DNA from: the human T2T-CHM13v2.0 reference genome, Homo sapiens
NCBI RefSeq assembly: GCF_009914755.1
Contig: NC_060935.1
Reading direction: 5' to 3' (one strand)
Length of the DNA: 64,000 nucleotides
This document shows, piece after piece, positions 63,700-64,000 of this stretch; the first letter of the stretch is position 1, and each line of letters begins with the position of its first letter. Made by a program: the position numbers and the translations under genes. The notes below the pieces were generated by a model. It saw only the letters and a list, made by a program, of their open reading frames with translations, searched no databases and was not told where the DNA came from.

Positions 63700-63915
63700 T
63701 CCTGTGAGCCGGGCTTGGTGCTATATGCTTCACACACATAACATTTTTTTCCTAATTCTCAAAATAACCCTGCAATGTGGACATTATTTTCCTTTCTATC
63801 TTCTTATTTGTGGATGAGGAAACAAAGGCTTATAGAGATTATGTAACTGGCAAGTGATGGCATTATAGCTCAAGCCTACATGATTCCAATTGCAATACAG
63901 GCTTGCCACCTTACA
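63700..63915 (-). mobile_element. MIR fragment
   Basis: CTAATTCTCAAAATAACCCTGCAA..GGATGAGGAAACAAAGGCT..AGAGATTATGTAACT. Confidence 0.65.
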
Positions 63916-64000
63916 ATCTTACCTTTCTTTGAATGAATGAATAGGTGAATCTTTTGTCACTTTGTTCTGAGGTGATCCATTGACTTTTAGAGTCCTAGGA

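Overview
This is primate (human-like) nuclear genomic DNA, intergenic or deep-intronic and dominated by interspersed repeats. It contains 11 Alu-family elements, L1 fragments from ancient L1M to L1PA, L2, MIR, probable L3/CR1, several MaLR/ERVL LTRs, an ERVL pol fragment and hAT/Tigger MITEs. I find no credible intact protein-coding gene, RNA gene or CRISPR array; the supplied ORFs are repeat-derived or chance. The only recognisable gene remnant is a near-full-length RPL23A processed pseudogene (minus strand, about 3836-4744) split by a THE1B-like solo LTR. I cannot support a novel biological system. The observations most worth following up are recurrent RFX X-box motifs, a homeodomain-site cluster near 63.1 kb, a small CpG-rich island near 42.3 kb, several templated-insertion/template-switch scars, and a three-monomer Alu. 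Repeat subfamily names come from remembered consensus sequences, and boundaries of old elements are approximate; RepeatMasker/Dfam is needed to confirm both.
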